Shown: positions 39,673 to 52,700 of the stretch, in pieces
Numbering within the stretch: the first letter of the stretch is position 1
Layout: the number at the start of each line of letters is the position of its first letter
Source: Macrostomum lignano
Taxonomy: Eukaryota
Assembly (NCBI GenBank): GCA_002269645.1
Contig: NIVC01001430.1
Span: forward strand, 226,119-290,118
Reading direction: 5' to 3'
DNA: 64,000 nucleotides
Notes under the pieces: model-generated
What the model was told of the DNA's origin: nothing
Database searches by the model: none
What the model saw: only the letters and a program-made list of their open reading frames with translations
Translations under genes and position numbers: made by a program

Positions 39673-41198
39673 ATGATGATTCGCAGCAACATGACATGGT
39701 CAGAGGATAGGATTTTAATCAATTTTCTCAACCTTCTGCGCAATGAATTGAAGCGAGATATTGAGTACCACTCCGGCATCGTGAAGGCTGTTGGATTTCC
39801 GCTGGGATTTCTGCTTCAAATTCTCACGATAATCTTTCTAGTCAGGGGGCAGTCTGGCTACTCACAGTCAGCCAGGAGCTGGTTCTTGGTCGTTCTCAGC
39901 GCCGATGTCTGCAGCACGCTCTACCGACTGTACGAGCTCATTACTGTGGACTTCCAAAGCGCCAATCCGGACTCAAAGGAAACGCCTGGAATGGACTTCA
40001 TGCACCTAATGTGGGGTCTGATGCGTACTGAAGACAATGAGCTGCAGGAAGTGATGTGCAAGATATTCTTCTTCATCTTGTACTTCCCAGTGATTCTGTC
40101 ACCGGTGGCGCTAACAATCTGCTCACTGATTCGCACCTATGCGGTCAAGTATCCACTGAAAGCGAAGTTTGTACTAACGAAATTTCGCGACCGATGCCTG
40201 ATGTTATTAGCGGCCGGCATCTCGGCTGCTGCGTCGCTGGTTTTCTGCATGCTGCTAATTCAGGCGACATTTTTTCTTTTACCGTTCAAAATAACCACGC
40301 TGGATGGCCGGAAGATTTACCCTGGCCGCTGCAGCATGCCGGACTTCTCTAGTTTCAATACCAATAAAACCAATCATGCGATTGGCAGTTTAATCATGCT
40401 TGTCATCATATTCACTATCTGCGCATTGACATTCGTCTCATCCGTTATCATAATTATTGTCCTGTTTGACTCGAAGCGGAAACGTTTACAAATGGGCGTT
40501 GCTACGCACAATTCGAGCGAGAAGAATGAAGTTCGAGCGACTGCGATTCTTCTCGGCATGAACGTGTCGTTCTTTTTCTGCTTCCTGATGTCCAGAATCT
40601 GCATGGTTGTCAACACTCAAGTACACATATTTTACGACTACAAAGTGTGTAAGTAGTCCATACAAGTCTTGTGGATAATTTTCCTCCCTAATTTTGTAAA
40701 AAAAGATGCATGTATGATCTTATAAATCAAAGATTGAAAGGGAGTTCGATCGAAAATTTAGAAGAAGCGTACCCTTGGCATGGATTTTTCATTTGATCCT
40801 AGCTTATAATAATATAATTTTTCATGTGTACTAATTGTTTTGATCAGAAGGGCACTGGCATCTGTGGTTTTTGCATGCAATTTTGAGAGCTGAAAATTTA
40901 CCATGGAAAATTGCAAAGTTTTGGTCCTAATTAAACTTTTCGGTACTACACCAAACCCGTTTGCGTGCCGTTTCCTGTTTTATTGCAATCAGCATTAAAC
41001 TCAACGCTCTCATTTTCAGCTATTCTGACGGAAAAGTTCGCTGCATTCGCGTTCACCATTCCGTACTACACCAACGCTCTGTTCATAGCCGGATTATCGA
41101 AAAGATTCTACTACTTTTACATGCCCTGTCTAAAAAGGCTGGGTTCAGCAACATCAAAGAGCAGCTTGAATTCCAGCGGAAGTCAGAGGACTCTGTAG
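39673..41198 (+). CDS. Class A 7TM GPCR, paralogue 2, ~393 aa
   Basis: Exons 39673-40648 and 40993-41198, with the same intron position and phase as paralogue 1 and near-identical TM sequence. Confidence 0.85.
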
Positions 41199-42339
41199 AT
41201 TGAATGAACTCACCGTGGACTTTACCCTGATAAGCTACGTGGAATATTTTGCCAATTAATCGGAATACGAAAATAACAATTAAGAGACATTTTGTTCTTG
41301 CAATAAAAATCGCTGTGTAAACATATTTTTAAACGCTTGCAAAAATTTATTCAAATTCACAAATAATTTTTTTGCATCATATATTTTTATCTTTATGTGC
41401 TAAATAGCATCAGCTAAGCAACGAGCTACATATCATTCAAAAAGACGCCAAGACACGGTTCCAGGGTTCTAGACAAAGAGACCGGAGGTAGTTGCGCTTG
41501 CAGTTAGTGCAAACGAACAAAGTTCACCCTGCTGGATCGAGTTGTCGGCCGTCACACCTATAGCAGAGTCAGTCAAAGTCTAGCTTCATTACACTACAGC
41601 GAAATCTGAAAATCAGACTGAAGGTTGACCCGGCAATGAAGTGTAATACGTTAAATAGTATGTGCAGTATAGCCATGTAGTAGGTATATAGTAAATATAG
41701 TTCAAATATTCCTTTCTTTTGTAAATTACTGTAAATTAAATTATTGATATAGTAGTATTCACTGTACCGTAATGCTTTGTTATTTTTTACCCAAACACTT
41801 TGTAAGTAAAGTGTTATAAGATTAATAATACCCTATGTTATCTTGGAAAGTTTAAATGGTGTTACACTTACCTGGCTATTGCAGTATCGTGCCGTAGAGC
41901 GTGAACTCTCATTTTTGTTGGCATATTGCGACAGCAAGTGTAAGTTTACAGCAGCGCTTTATTATTCTCGTTGCAATGTCTTATTTATAGTCCACGTACG
42001 ATGATCTAATTTTACGTGGCTCAAGGTGAGCAGCGAGATGTCTGTACCGGTAGAGTCCGGGACAGTCACTCGGCGCGGATCACGTGGTTGTAGCTGAACC
42101 CCTTTGGCACAGTATAAACAGGGCATCGTTACTGACGCTCTCGGTAAGCAATAGCTCGAGCCACAGAGTGGGAAAGAAAACGCCTTCTATTTTCACTTCT
42201 TTTTTCATGTTTTTATGAGCTATTTCGCGGACCTGCAAGTCGAGCATGATTGCTCTCTTTATTGATTTCAACTTTCAACTTTCAACTCGGTCTTGAGGGC
42301 CGTGCTCCCAATAGTGCTTCTTCGTGCGTACAACGTGCC

Positions 42340-43440
42340 AGATTTCCGCCGTCATGGCGCTGGATGATCATGGCACAAGCGCGCTGCTGTGCTAACACCA
42401 GACGGTCAGTCAGATTTTTTTGAGACATCGGCCTCTGGAGTGCTTCTGGGGAGATACGCTTGCGCCCTTCCTGTTCGTCCTGGTGCTTGACTGGGTGCTG
42501 CGGACTGTTCTACCTTCTAACGACGACGGCTTCCTGCGACGCGTGGGTCGACGCCAATCGGGGAGGCAGCTCAGCGTGCTTTTTTCTACGCCGACGATCT
42601 CGCCTTGCTGTCCTCGACCGTCGAAGGCGCCGAGCGCCAGCTGGACCGGCTGGGAAGCGTTGCGGCGAGCGTCGGCCTGGTGGTCAAAATACGCAGCTAG
42701 AAGACTGTCGTTCTCTGCGTGCCGGACGACATCGAGGCATAATGTAAATTATGCATCAGTCAAGCGAGGAGCGATCGTGGGGCGCTGAGCAACCGATCGA
42801 CGGTGGAGGGCCAGCTGGTGTAGTCCCTACTGATGAGTGTCTGGGCAGATGAGGAAGCTTCTGCACTGTCAGCAGTTCATCTACCTCGCGGTCTGCTGGT
42901 GCCTGACGTTCGCGAGGACCTGCGACGTCGTCACCGTGCATGGACTTGCCTGGGCTACCTTTCCGCTCCTGTGAGGGCTGTCCTGCAATCCGAAGCCCTG
43001 CCCGATCGCCAGAGGGCGGCGCTGTTCCAGCCGCGGTGATCAAGACCGTCCTGTTGTACAACACCGCGATACTTGTTGGACGCTGATGAAATCGCTCGAA
43101 CAGCAGGCAGGTCGATGCGGCGCACTCTTGCCTGCTAGTGCCACGTTCAAGATCGGCTACGATACGAGCACGTCATCAATGCACAGCACTCTATCGCAGC
43201 ACCGGCCTGTCCAGCCCCAGCGAACTGTTGAGCGGTTGGCGACTCCAGCTGGCGCAGGCCATATCAATCCGAGCCGAGTCGTACTGCCCGCAGCCGGTGC
43301 AGGAAGTGCTGCTGCTGACGCTGCAGGCAAACGGGGAGGACAGGCGCGCACTCGGCGTTTCATCGACTGCCTGCTGGCTGATGCTTGCGCCCCGCGGACA
43401 CTGTCGGCGGTGCGGCCTACGTTAACCGCGCCCAGGCCCC
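42340..43440 (+). mobile_element. Degenerate RTE-like LINE fragment (RT core to C-terminus)
   Basis: GDTLAPFLFVLVLDWVLR, YADDLALLSST and KTVLLY, spread over shifting frames. Confidence 0.85.
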
Positions 43441-44607
43441 CCCCCCCTGTGTGACGTTTTTCTGCCTCTCATGACTCGTTTGACTGGCTGACCACGTATT
43501 TCGTTGTTTCTGTTGTTATATTTGTTATATTCATGTATTCTATCGGCCTTGTAATTTATTCTGTGTGACGTAAAGAGCACATTTACGATGCGAAAATTGA
43601 CGCGAGATACGAGTAATACTAAAGATAAGTTTGGATGTAAAACATTTGTGCGGACAGATAGTTATCTATAATCGGGTCTGATCGAAAGAATCGTTCCTCG
43701 TTCTCAAATCGATGAAGAATCTCAAAGTTTCTGACTTTAATTGGGTGTTTATGCTCAGGTCTGGTTTTGTTGCTGAGCATTCAGAAAGTCATATATAATC
43801 TAGGGAAACCGATCGAGTTCGGGATGGAAAATGGTGGACATGGGAAGAAAATCTGAGATGGGCAGAAATTTTTTAAAGTTCTCGGGGCCGCCCAGCACCA
43901 TGCATGCCTTTGTGCAATTGGACACTATGTCTCGTACAACATGTGCCACCCCACGTCTTGTACCAACCTCACACGTCTTTGTTAGAATTCGCACGTTGAT
44001 CAACCTAGGTCCGGCCTAGCCTATCTTATCTGATACATACATGTGTGTATTATAGATACAAGATTCCTCATTAACACTTCTAAAGGAAAGGTATTTCACT
44101 TTTCAATATCGAGAAACCCTATTACCCTATGAAAGAAAAGATGAGTAGCAAAATAAAGTGTAATTAACTATACCTATAGACGATAGTATCTTGTGGAAAC
44201 ACGATGAAATTTGCGTTGCAATTGTACGAGAAATTTGAGAATTCCCATAATGGCTCTAGTCTCTCATGTCTCTGGCACTATCTTCCAACTTTATACGAGA
44301 CGAGTTATTCTGTCTGAAAATAGACCTCATTGGCCTATTGTCCCAGGGAGTTCCTTCTACTAGGGCCTACAGTATGTAGTATTCCACTGCTGTCTTATCA
44401 ATATCAGATTGTGGAAGGGCATATATTGCTAATTCTTTCCTTAATTTCAGGGAGTAGGCTACCCTATTATGGCCTAGGTAGCAGGAGGACAAGGTGTCCA
44501 AGCAGCAAGAAGACACTGAATTTTAATCTGATTCCAAGCTTCAACAGTGTTATTTGGGATCAGGGAATGTCCAATGATAGGCCCTGTGTTATACCTTTAT
44601 TGGGTGA

Positions 44608-47074
44608 TGGTCATTTCGTCAACTGGCGTTTCGTCAACTCGGTTGACGAAGTGACCAAAGCGTTGGGGCGACTTTACTGGTGGTTGACGAAGTGATCAAT
44701 GCCTAGGTCCTTCCCATTTGCTTGTTGACGAAGTGACTAAAATTTTCATGATATGAATGATATACGTATGTAGCTGATACAGCTGCATATCTTGTATAGC
44801 TTACAATTATTGTTATATCGATTACTTGTTTTATTAATTGCCTTATTTTTTTAAAAACGAACAAATTTTGCAATTTTGCAATACCAGACTGCATGTCAAT
44901 TAGGTTAAATTTTTCGATGCAAATGCGTCACCCCATGCGCACTCATACCCATATGCGTCCAGGCATTAATGAATCTTGAGTATTTGTGTGTTATGCGACC
45001 ATACATGCGACTACATAACATGGGTATTTCTCCTATCAAAACGCGTCGAGGACTGCTATAAAGTCCCCTATATATGGAGTCGTAAAAATTGGTGGACTGC
45101 GTGCGCCTTCCCACCCCTCCATCCCGCTGTGCACAGCCAACCGAAGCCCCCGCAGCGAATCTTGATATCCGGTAATGCTCTTGATCGGAGTATATAATTA
45201 CGCACGATTCACGCGCGCTCATCGATCGATCATGCCGTACATGTATTAAGGTATTTCACTCCTGTCATGATTAACACTAAAATGTACAATGCACTGTAAG
45301 AAGACACAAGCAGACACGAGCAGACAGACGCAAAGGCACAGGCAGACGCGCAAACCGATCAGCGATATTGGGTGCAGTACCACAGCGGCGTGCTCTTGAT
45401 TCGTGCATTCCTGCTCATGTAGCTGCACAAGACTTGGCCATGTGTCTAAGCCTAGTGCTTTTACGTGTCAGGGTCAGCAAACTTTTTAGTTTTTTACAGA
45501 TTGAGAACCTAGCGCAATGACTGCATTGGGTCCTTCTGGGTCCGCTTCGCTGGGCCCCTAAGCAAAATGCACCCAGGAGTCCCTGATGATTGCAAGCCAA
45601 AGGCCGAGGGAGAGATTGAGGATAGGGAATAGACTCGAGAAATATGAGCTGGCGTACTCGTAGAAGAAAGGAGAGGCGAAGGAATAAGGATAAGAGAGTA
45701 TACGATCGATAGGAGAGATATGAAATAGGAGAGGATCGATCGAGAGGAGCTAGGAGAGACGAAATAGAAGAGAGAGGAGAGTAGATCGAGGATCGAGAGA
45801 GGAGGGAAGGGAGAAGAGAATGGAGAAGAAAAGGAAGAGGAGAGGAGAGAGGTAAAAGCTAAAAGAATAGAGACAGCACCAAGAGATCCAGAAAATTACT
45901 GGTCTTGCCCTTGCAATTTTAATTCATTTGAGATATATATGACGACTATATACTAAATAAATTAGTCAAGGACCACTGAAGTCACTTAAGCGCAGTCCTT
46001 GAAATGAGTGCAGTACAGTTGCGCAATGTTTGAATTAGTTGAAAATTTGAGCATTTTCAGCTAGACTTTTGGCTACTCCAACACAGAATTGAATATTGGC
46101 CTGGTTATGTCATATTGCCACAAACTCATATAACAGCAGGAGTTTGGGTGCCCTTAGATTAGAAGAAATTAATGTGCAATGTGCCCTCCCCCACAATAGC
46201 CCCCCCCACTCTGAAATATGTTCCGACACTACTGGCTTGAGCTACAGTACATTTACATGTCTGGGGGAGTCCTGCAGTCCGAGGCCAGCTTAATGTAACA
46301 GCTGACCGCTAGAGGGCAGCGTTGTTCCAGGCGAGGCGGTGATAGAGACCGTCCTGCTGTACACTGTCAAGACCTGGACGCTGATGAAGTCGCTCGAGCA
46401 ACAAGTTGACGCGGCGCTCGCTGGCCTGCTGCGCGCCGCCTTCAAGTTAAGATCGCCTATGCGAGTGACCAACGCGGCTTTTGTATCACCGCGCCGACCT
46501 GTTCCGTCCAAGCGACCTGCTGCGCAGTAATACATGACCACATACATGTATGTAATGGCTTGATTTGGAATGCTTTCTATATGTATGTTTTGCGAATAGA
46601 GGACCCGGCCCCTTTAAGCGTTATCTTGGTCTGGGTACTCCTCAACTACGTGTACTACTTCTTAATTAACTTCTGCATTCAAAATTTAACATATACAAAA
46701 GTGTAACACGGGATGTCAACCCCGTCGTGCTGCACACGTTTCAAACACATGAGCGCATTATATTTTGTTAGTACATGTACAAGCGTATAACAGAGACGCA
46801 TTGATCAAAAGCCGGCAGATGTTGCAGAAGGGTATGAATATTAATTAGCCTGTTGACTTAGTCATTTCAGGGTTCAGTTTTACCTTTTTGCGGCTGTGGG
46901 GGGTAGTTTATTGGCAGTTGACGAAGTGACCAATGTTGGAACACTTCCTGTTGGCCAGTTGACGAAGTGACCGAGGTTTGAGATCGCTTCATTGGCTAGT
47001 TGACGAAACGACCAGTGATAAAACCGAGTTGACGAAATGGCCAGTTGACGAAACGCCAGTTGACGAAATGACTA
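44608..47074. mobile_element. ~2.5-kb foldback/Mutator-like non-autonomous element with subterminal GTTGACGAA(G/A)TGAC repeats
   Basis: Left TGGTCATTTCGTCAACTGGCGTTTCGTCAACT is inverted to right AGTTGACGAAACGCCAGTTGACGAAATGACTA. No clean TSD. Confidence 0.65.
46300..46530 (+). mobile_element. Short RTE-like LINE fragment, same family as 42340-43440
   Basis: IETVLLYTVKTWTLMKSLEQQVDAALAGLLRAAFK, sharing CTGATGAA(A/G)TCGCTCGA with the 43080 copy. Confidence 0.75.
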
Positions 47075-47457
47075 GATGGTTTGCAAAATTTTTCAACATT
47101 TGTTATCTCATTTCCTAGGCTAATCGTAGGGGCCTAATTCTATTCCTAATCCTAATGCATATTAGGCTCTAGGCCTATAGGCCCTATATAATTCTAGCTT
47201 GAGCAAATAATTTTTTTGCTAATTTCTAGGCCTACGTAAGTAATAAATATCTATGTAGAAAACAGGATATGGTTTATAATTATATAGGCCTATTGTGCTA
47301 TTACATTATCTAGGCCTTTAACTATAAGGCGCATGACTAAGACTAGAAGCCCCATATACAAAGACTAGGCTAGGCCTACCACAGCTATTACTAGCTATTA
47401 TTGGTATTGAGGAGGAGCTACCAATCTAACAATCTTCTAGTCTAGAATCAGAACATA

Positions 47458-47611
47458 CATGCACAACAGTCGGCCGAGTCGGCCGATCCAGCTGACCGAT
47501 TTGGCGACCAACCAAGGAAGTTGCAAAAATGCCCACCCAAAAAACAGTAACACCCACAAGTAGTAGTAGTACTAAGTAGCTGACGAGGCATTTTGGCTTA
47601 ATAAGAGTCAT
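47458..47611 (-). CDS. Putative first coding exon of an unidentified type II membrane or secreted protein
   Basis: CAG acceptor 9 nt upstream of the ATG, signal-anchor-like YLVLLLLVGVTVFWVGIFATSLV and a phase-0 CAT|GTATGT donor. Downstream exons not identified. Confidence 0.4.
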
Positions 47612-47921
47612 AGTTACTCCTGCCGTTTACCCAAAGTTGTGTTAACTTTGCTTTACTTTTTTTATATGCAAGTGGCATTTTTTGCCAAAAACTATGTTGC
47701 ATTTTTGTTAAAACTAAGTTGCACGGCCAACCAAATTTTGGAGGTTGCGCATGTATGGTTCAGATACTGGGTCAGAAAAACTTATGGGGCCTATAAACAT
47801 GGTATGGAGACTAGGTCTAGGCCAAATTTTAAATTGTAAAAATTTTCATTGTAGGGGCCTAAATTAAATAAAAAAACACTTGGCTGCCTTCTAGTTCTAT
47901 ACAATATATAGGCCTACATAA

Positions 47922-48290
47922 CTTTTTTTATTAGAGGCAGGGGGGTTGTGTGCACCCTGGGGCACTTTAAGCGACATAGGCACACAACCGGCGAGAGACA
48001 TTACTGCCCATTCCGCCGACTCCCCTGAGCAGGCATACAAGCGCGCGGATACGTACGCAGGCACACACTCACATAGGAGTGTACAGCGGCCCTAACTTTA
48101 TATTATCGTTAGGCATGTACACTTCACTGTGCCTTGGGGGGGGGGGGGTTGGCCCTCAAGGCCATTAATTGCACGAGCAGAGCCAAGCTGAGATTCTAAT
48201 TCAGCCCCAAATTAATATGACTGCACTTGGAATCGAGCCTGGGTCGCTGGCACACCAGAGCAGCTGCGCTACCGCTGGGCTACGGCCCCC
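47922..48290 (-). mobile_element. tRNA-derived SINE with a hairpin-forming central domain and A-rich tail
   Basis: Minus-strand box A TAGCCCAGCGG (48272-48282), box B GGCTCGATTCC (48229-48239) and tail AATAAAAAAAG. The central domain is shared with partial copies at ~19244, ~20545, ~21295 and ~26917. Confidence 0.78.
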
Positions 48291-49774
48291 TTGGCCTACA
48301 TAATATTAATAATTATAAATTATAATCATATAGTATAGTTGTTGGAACATTTTAAAATGTTAGGACCTAGGGGAATGGCAATAACTATAGATAAATATGA
48401 TGACTAGGACTAGGGCAGGGGTGGCATAAGGTATAGGCCCCTGGCCTTAGTCTAATTGGCCTAGATTATTGCAAAGCAAATAAAAGTTTGAATTTTCTTT
48501 GCTTAAAAAAATAAGGCTAATTATTTATTATAATAGTAGGGACATCAATTCCCTAGAAAATTTGCTTTCTAAGGACAAATTTTTTGCTCAAACCTTGGCT
48601 AGGGTCCCTAATAATTAATGTTTAGGCTTACAAATAAAAATATACTTATCCAATATTCAAATCCAAAAGATAGCCATAGATATGGTCCCTAAAATAAAAA
48701 TAGTCTATCTAACCCCTAGTATATATGTTCTGAATTTGCATTTGATTGTATAATTGCTAGTATAGTAACAATATCATGTAGAATATAGTAGAGATAACAA
48801 ACAAAGTAAAAACATTGCTAAATGCCATTGCTACCCAAATTGCAATGTGACTAATTGCCTGTCTACCATGCTTCCTACTTATTTAAATGCTTGGATGTAT
48901 GTCTGCTTGCTATACAAATTTTGTCAAATAGAATAGTCTACTATTTAGATCACTGTTTGCAGGCAGCATATATATAAGGGTTTCATAGTTGACTAAAAGC
49001 ACCCAAAGAAAGAATAAAAATAGTTTTACTCAATGTTTGACTATGTTTTCTTGTTTTAGTGACAGATTACAATAAAAACTTCTCAAAACAGCTAAATTTT
49101 TACTTCAACTTTTTTCTTAGATCCCTAATTGCCCCTAGTCCAAAAGCCCTAAAATTTCAACAATGATATAATGAATCATGATGCATAAGTCTATTTATAA
49201 GTCTATCTAGGCTATAGCCATAATTTACATCTACAAAGCAAATGGTAAATTGGAATAAGTCTATAATTATTTTTGTCTATTTGATTAGGCTTAATTTCTT
49301 TTTGACTATAAATCCATGTACTCTTATCTTATCAAACTTCTTAAAGCCTAGATATATTTATCAATTATCCTTTGTCCAATATTATGTTCCATAAAGCTAT
49401 TCTGTTTTATTGCACAAATTGTCTAAGCATAGGCCTAATTTAGACTATTCAATGTTGATATAGTGGCTAACATAGCAAAATGCTTGGCCTAAGATATAGA
49501 CCTAGCTTATGCCATGGGCAAAAGTAGAAGCTATTGCTATAATAAAAAAGAAAACTAAATCAAATAGAAAAATGATATCTATTATTATAATCTAAAGCTT
49601 ATATCTTCTTTCAGAGTCATAATTACTATATTTGTTGCTTCTCTAGCTAGTTGTATCTCCACTTTAAGATTTCTATCTATGCCACTAAAATACCTTAGGA
49701 ACAATATATCTCCCAAACACACTTCTGTGCGATCCAGATTTAACAGAGGAGGAGACAGCTGTCCTAACTTCCAG

Positions 49775-52700
49775 GCTGTCTCGTCAACAGCAGCACCAGC
49801 AACAGTCATCTCTGTTATCTGGCTGCGAAAAATGTTGCCAAAAAGACAATTGTCCAGTGACCAGGGTCCGCTCCGCTCAAGCAGTCTGTCGCCAGTGCTT
49901 TCTAGCTTATTGCACTCATCAATTTAGGGCCGGCTTTGGTAAAAGTCAGCTGATCAGAGCTGGGGAACGGGTCCTGGTTGGCTTCTCTGGCGGCAATGGG
50001 GCTTGTGCTCTGCTGCGGCTTGTTAAACAGGTATGTGTGTTCCCTGCTCCCTGAGCCCCCTGGTTTCACTGGCCTCTGCTCCCTGAGCCCCCTGGTTTCA
50101 CTGGCCTCTGCTCCCTGAGCCCCCTGGTTTCACTGGCCTCTGCTCCCTGAGCCCCCTGGTTTCACTGGCCTCTGCTCCCTGAGCCCCCTGGTTTCACTGG
50201 CCTCTGCTCCCTGAGCCCCCTGGTTTCACTGGCCTCTGCTCCCTGAGCCCCCTGGTTTCACTGGCCTCTGCTCCCTGAGCCCCCTGGTTTCACTGGCCTC
50301 TGCTCCCTGAGCTGGCACTCTCCTGAACCCCCAGCTTCCTGAGCTGGCACTCTTCTGAACCCTCAGCTTCCTGAGCTGGCACTCTCCTGAACCCCCAGCT
50401 TCCTGAGCTTGCACTCTCCTGAACCCCCAGCTTCCTGAGCTGGCACTCTCCTGAACCCCCAGCTTCCTGAGCTGGCACTCTCCTGAACCCTCAGCTCCCT
50501 GAGCTGGCACTCTCCTGAACCCTCAGCTTCCTGAGCTGGCACTCTCCTGAACCCTCAGCTTCCTGAGCTGGCACTCTCCTGAACCCAAGCTACAAGCGAG
50601 CCCTAATTCAACAATTGCACCGCCTGATGACTCACACGCAGGGCCTAGCGGAGTCAACCCATCGCAAGCTTCGTTTCACACCAGTTTTTGTGTACATCGA
50701 TTTCGCCACCGTGTTCAACGACAATGGCGACGGGCCCCTTTCCGGGCGACGGGCGGCTGTGCTCGAACAGTTCGACGCCCATCTGCCGGTTGAGTTCGAA
50801 AGGCACTGCTTGACTGCGGCAGAACTTCTGCCAGGTTTGTCCGAAGCCTTGGCCGCCATGACTGACGGGTGCGCAAATTAAATTTATCGATGAGTATGTT
50901 ACAAAGAGAAACACGTGGTACTCTAATCCGCTCCTTTTGTCACTCCAATCCACTCCCGTTTGTCACTCCAATCCGCTCCCGTTTGTCACTCCAATCCGCT
51001 CCCGTTTGTCACTCCAATCCGCTCCCTGTCACTCCAATCCGCTCCCGTTTGTCACTCCAATCCACTCCCGTTTGTCACTCCAATCCGCTCCTTTTTGTCA
51101 CTCCAATCCACTCCCGTTCGTCACTCCAATCCGCTCCCGTTTGTCACTCCAATCCGCTCCCGTTTGTCACTCCAATCCGCTCCCTGTCACTCCAATCCGC
51201 TCCCGTTTGTCACTCCAATCCACTCCCGTTTGTCACTCCAATCCGCTCCTTTTGTCACTTCAATCTGCTCCCGTTTGTCACTCCAATCTGCTCCCGTTTG
51301 TCACTCCAATCCACTCCCGTTTGTCACTCCAATCCACTCCCGTTTGTCACTCCAATCCGCTCCCTGTCACTCCAATCCGCTCATGTTTGTCACTCCAATC
51401 TACTCCCGTTTGTCACTCCAATCCGCCCCCTGTTTCACTCCAATCCGCCCCCTGTTTCACTCCAATCCGCTCGTTTTTGTCACTTTAATCCGCCCCTGTG
51501 TCACTCCAATCCGCTCCGTTTGTCACTCCAATCCGCTCCCGTTTGTCACTTCAATCCGCCCCCTGTGTCACTCCAATCCGCCCCCGTTTGTCACTCAAAT
51601 CCGCTCCCGTTTGTCTCCCCAATCCGCTCCCGTTTGTCACTCCAATCCGCTCCCGTTTGTCTCCCCAATCCGCTCCCGTTTGTCACTCCAATCTGCTTCC
51701 GGTTGTCACTCCAATCCGCCCCCTGTGTCACTCCAATCCGCTCCGTTTGTCACTCCAATCCGCCCCCTGTGTCACTCCAATCCGCCCCCTGTGTCACTCC
51801 AATATTACATTATTAATAGTACTCGTATTTTACTTTATTTAACAGCACCGGTTACCGCGAACTGCTGCACCGGTCCGTGCACCGGTGCCTAGCCCTGGCC
51901 AGTCGGCAGTTCAACTGCAGCCGAGTGCTCACCGGTGAGACAGCCAGCCGGCTGGCCGAGCTCACCCTGCGCAGCGTCGCCCAGGGTCGGCTGAGCGCCG
52001 ATTCGGGCGCATTCAGCGCCATCGCAGCTGGTGGCGTCTGCCAGGTGCGGCCCCTGCGTCAGCTCACTTCGGCCGAGACCGCCCTGCTGAGTTGGCTGGC
52101 CGCCGACGGCCTCATGCCGGTGTGTCCGCGACCGGCCGACCCGGACAGTCCGTTGTTGAATGACGGCCAAGGCGGCGGCAGTATACCGGGGGTGATTGCC
52201 AGCTTCCTGGGCGGACTGCAACAGGTGATCTTCCGGGTTTGTGGGTCAGTTAGTGAGTCCGTTAGTGGGTCATTGAGACCTTTAGTGGGTCACTAAGTCC
52301 GTTAGTAGGTCATTGAGTCTGTTAGTTGATCATTGAGTCCGTTAGTGTGTCATTGAGTCTGTTAGTTGATCATTGAGTCCGTTAGTGGGTCATTGAGTCT
52401 GTTAGTGGGTCATTGTCTCAGTTAGTGGGTCACTGAGTCAGTTAGTGAGTCATCGAGTCCGTTAGGGGTCATTGAGACCTTTAGTGGGTCATTGAAACCG
52501 TTAGTGGGTCACTAAGTCCGTCAGTAGGTCATTGAGTCCGTTAGTGGGTCATTGAGTCCGTTAGTGGGTCATTGTCTCAGTTAGTGGGTCACTGAGTCAG
52601 TTAGTGAGTCATCGAGTCCGTTAGGGGTCATTGAGACCTTTAGTGGGTCATTGAAACCGTTAGTGGGTCACTAAGTCCGTCAGTAGGTCATTGAGTCCGT

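Noticed and set aside
45600-45875. GA-rich tract as coding or regulatory element
   Set aside because: Low-complexity polypurine DNA with no frame or splice support.
50226-51892. CHSNPLPFVTP and related ORFs
   Set aside because: Intronic minisatellites of CTU2.
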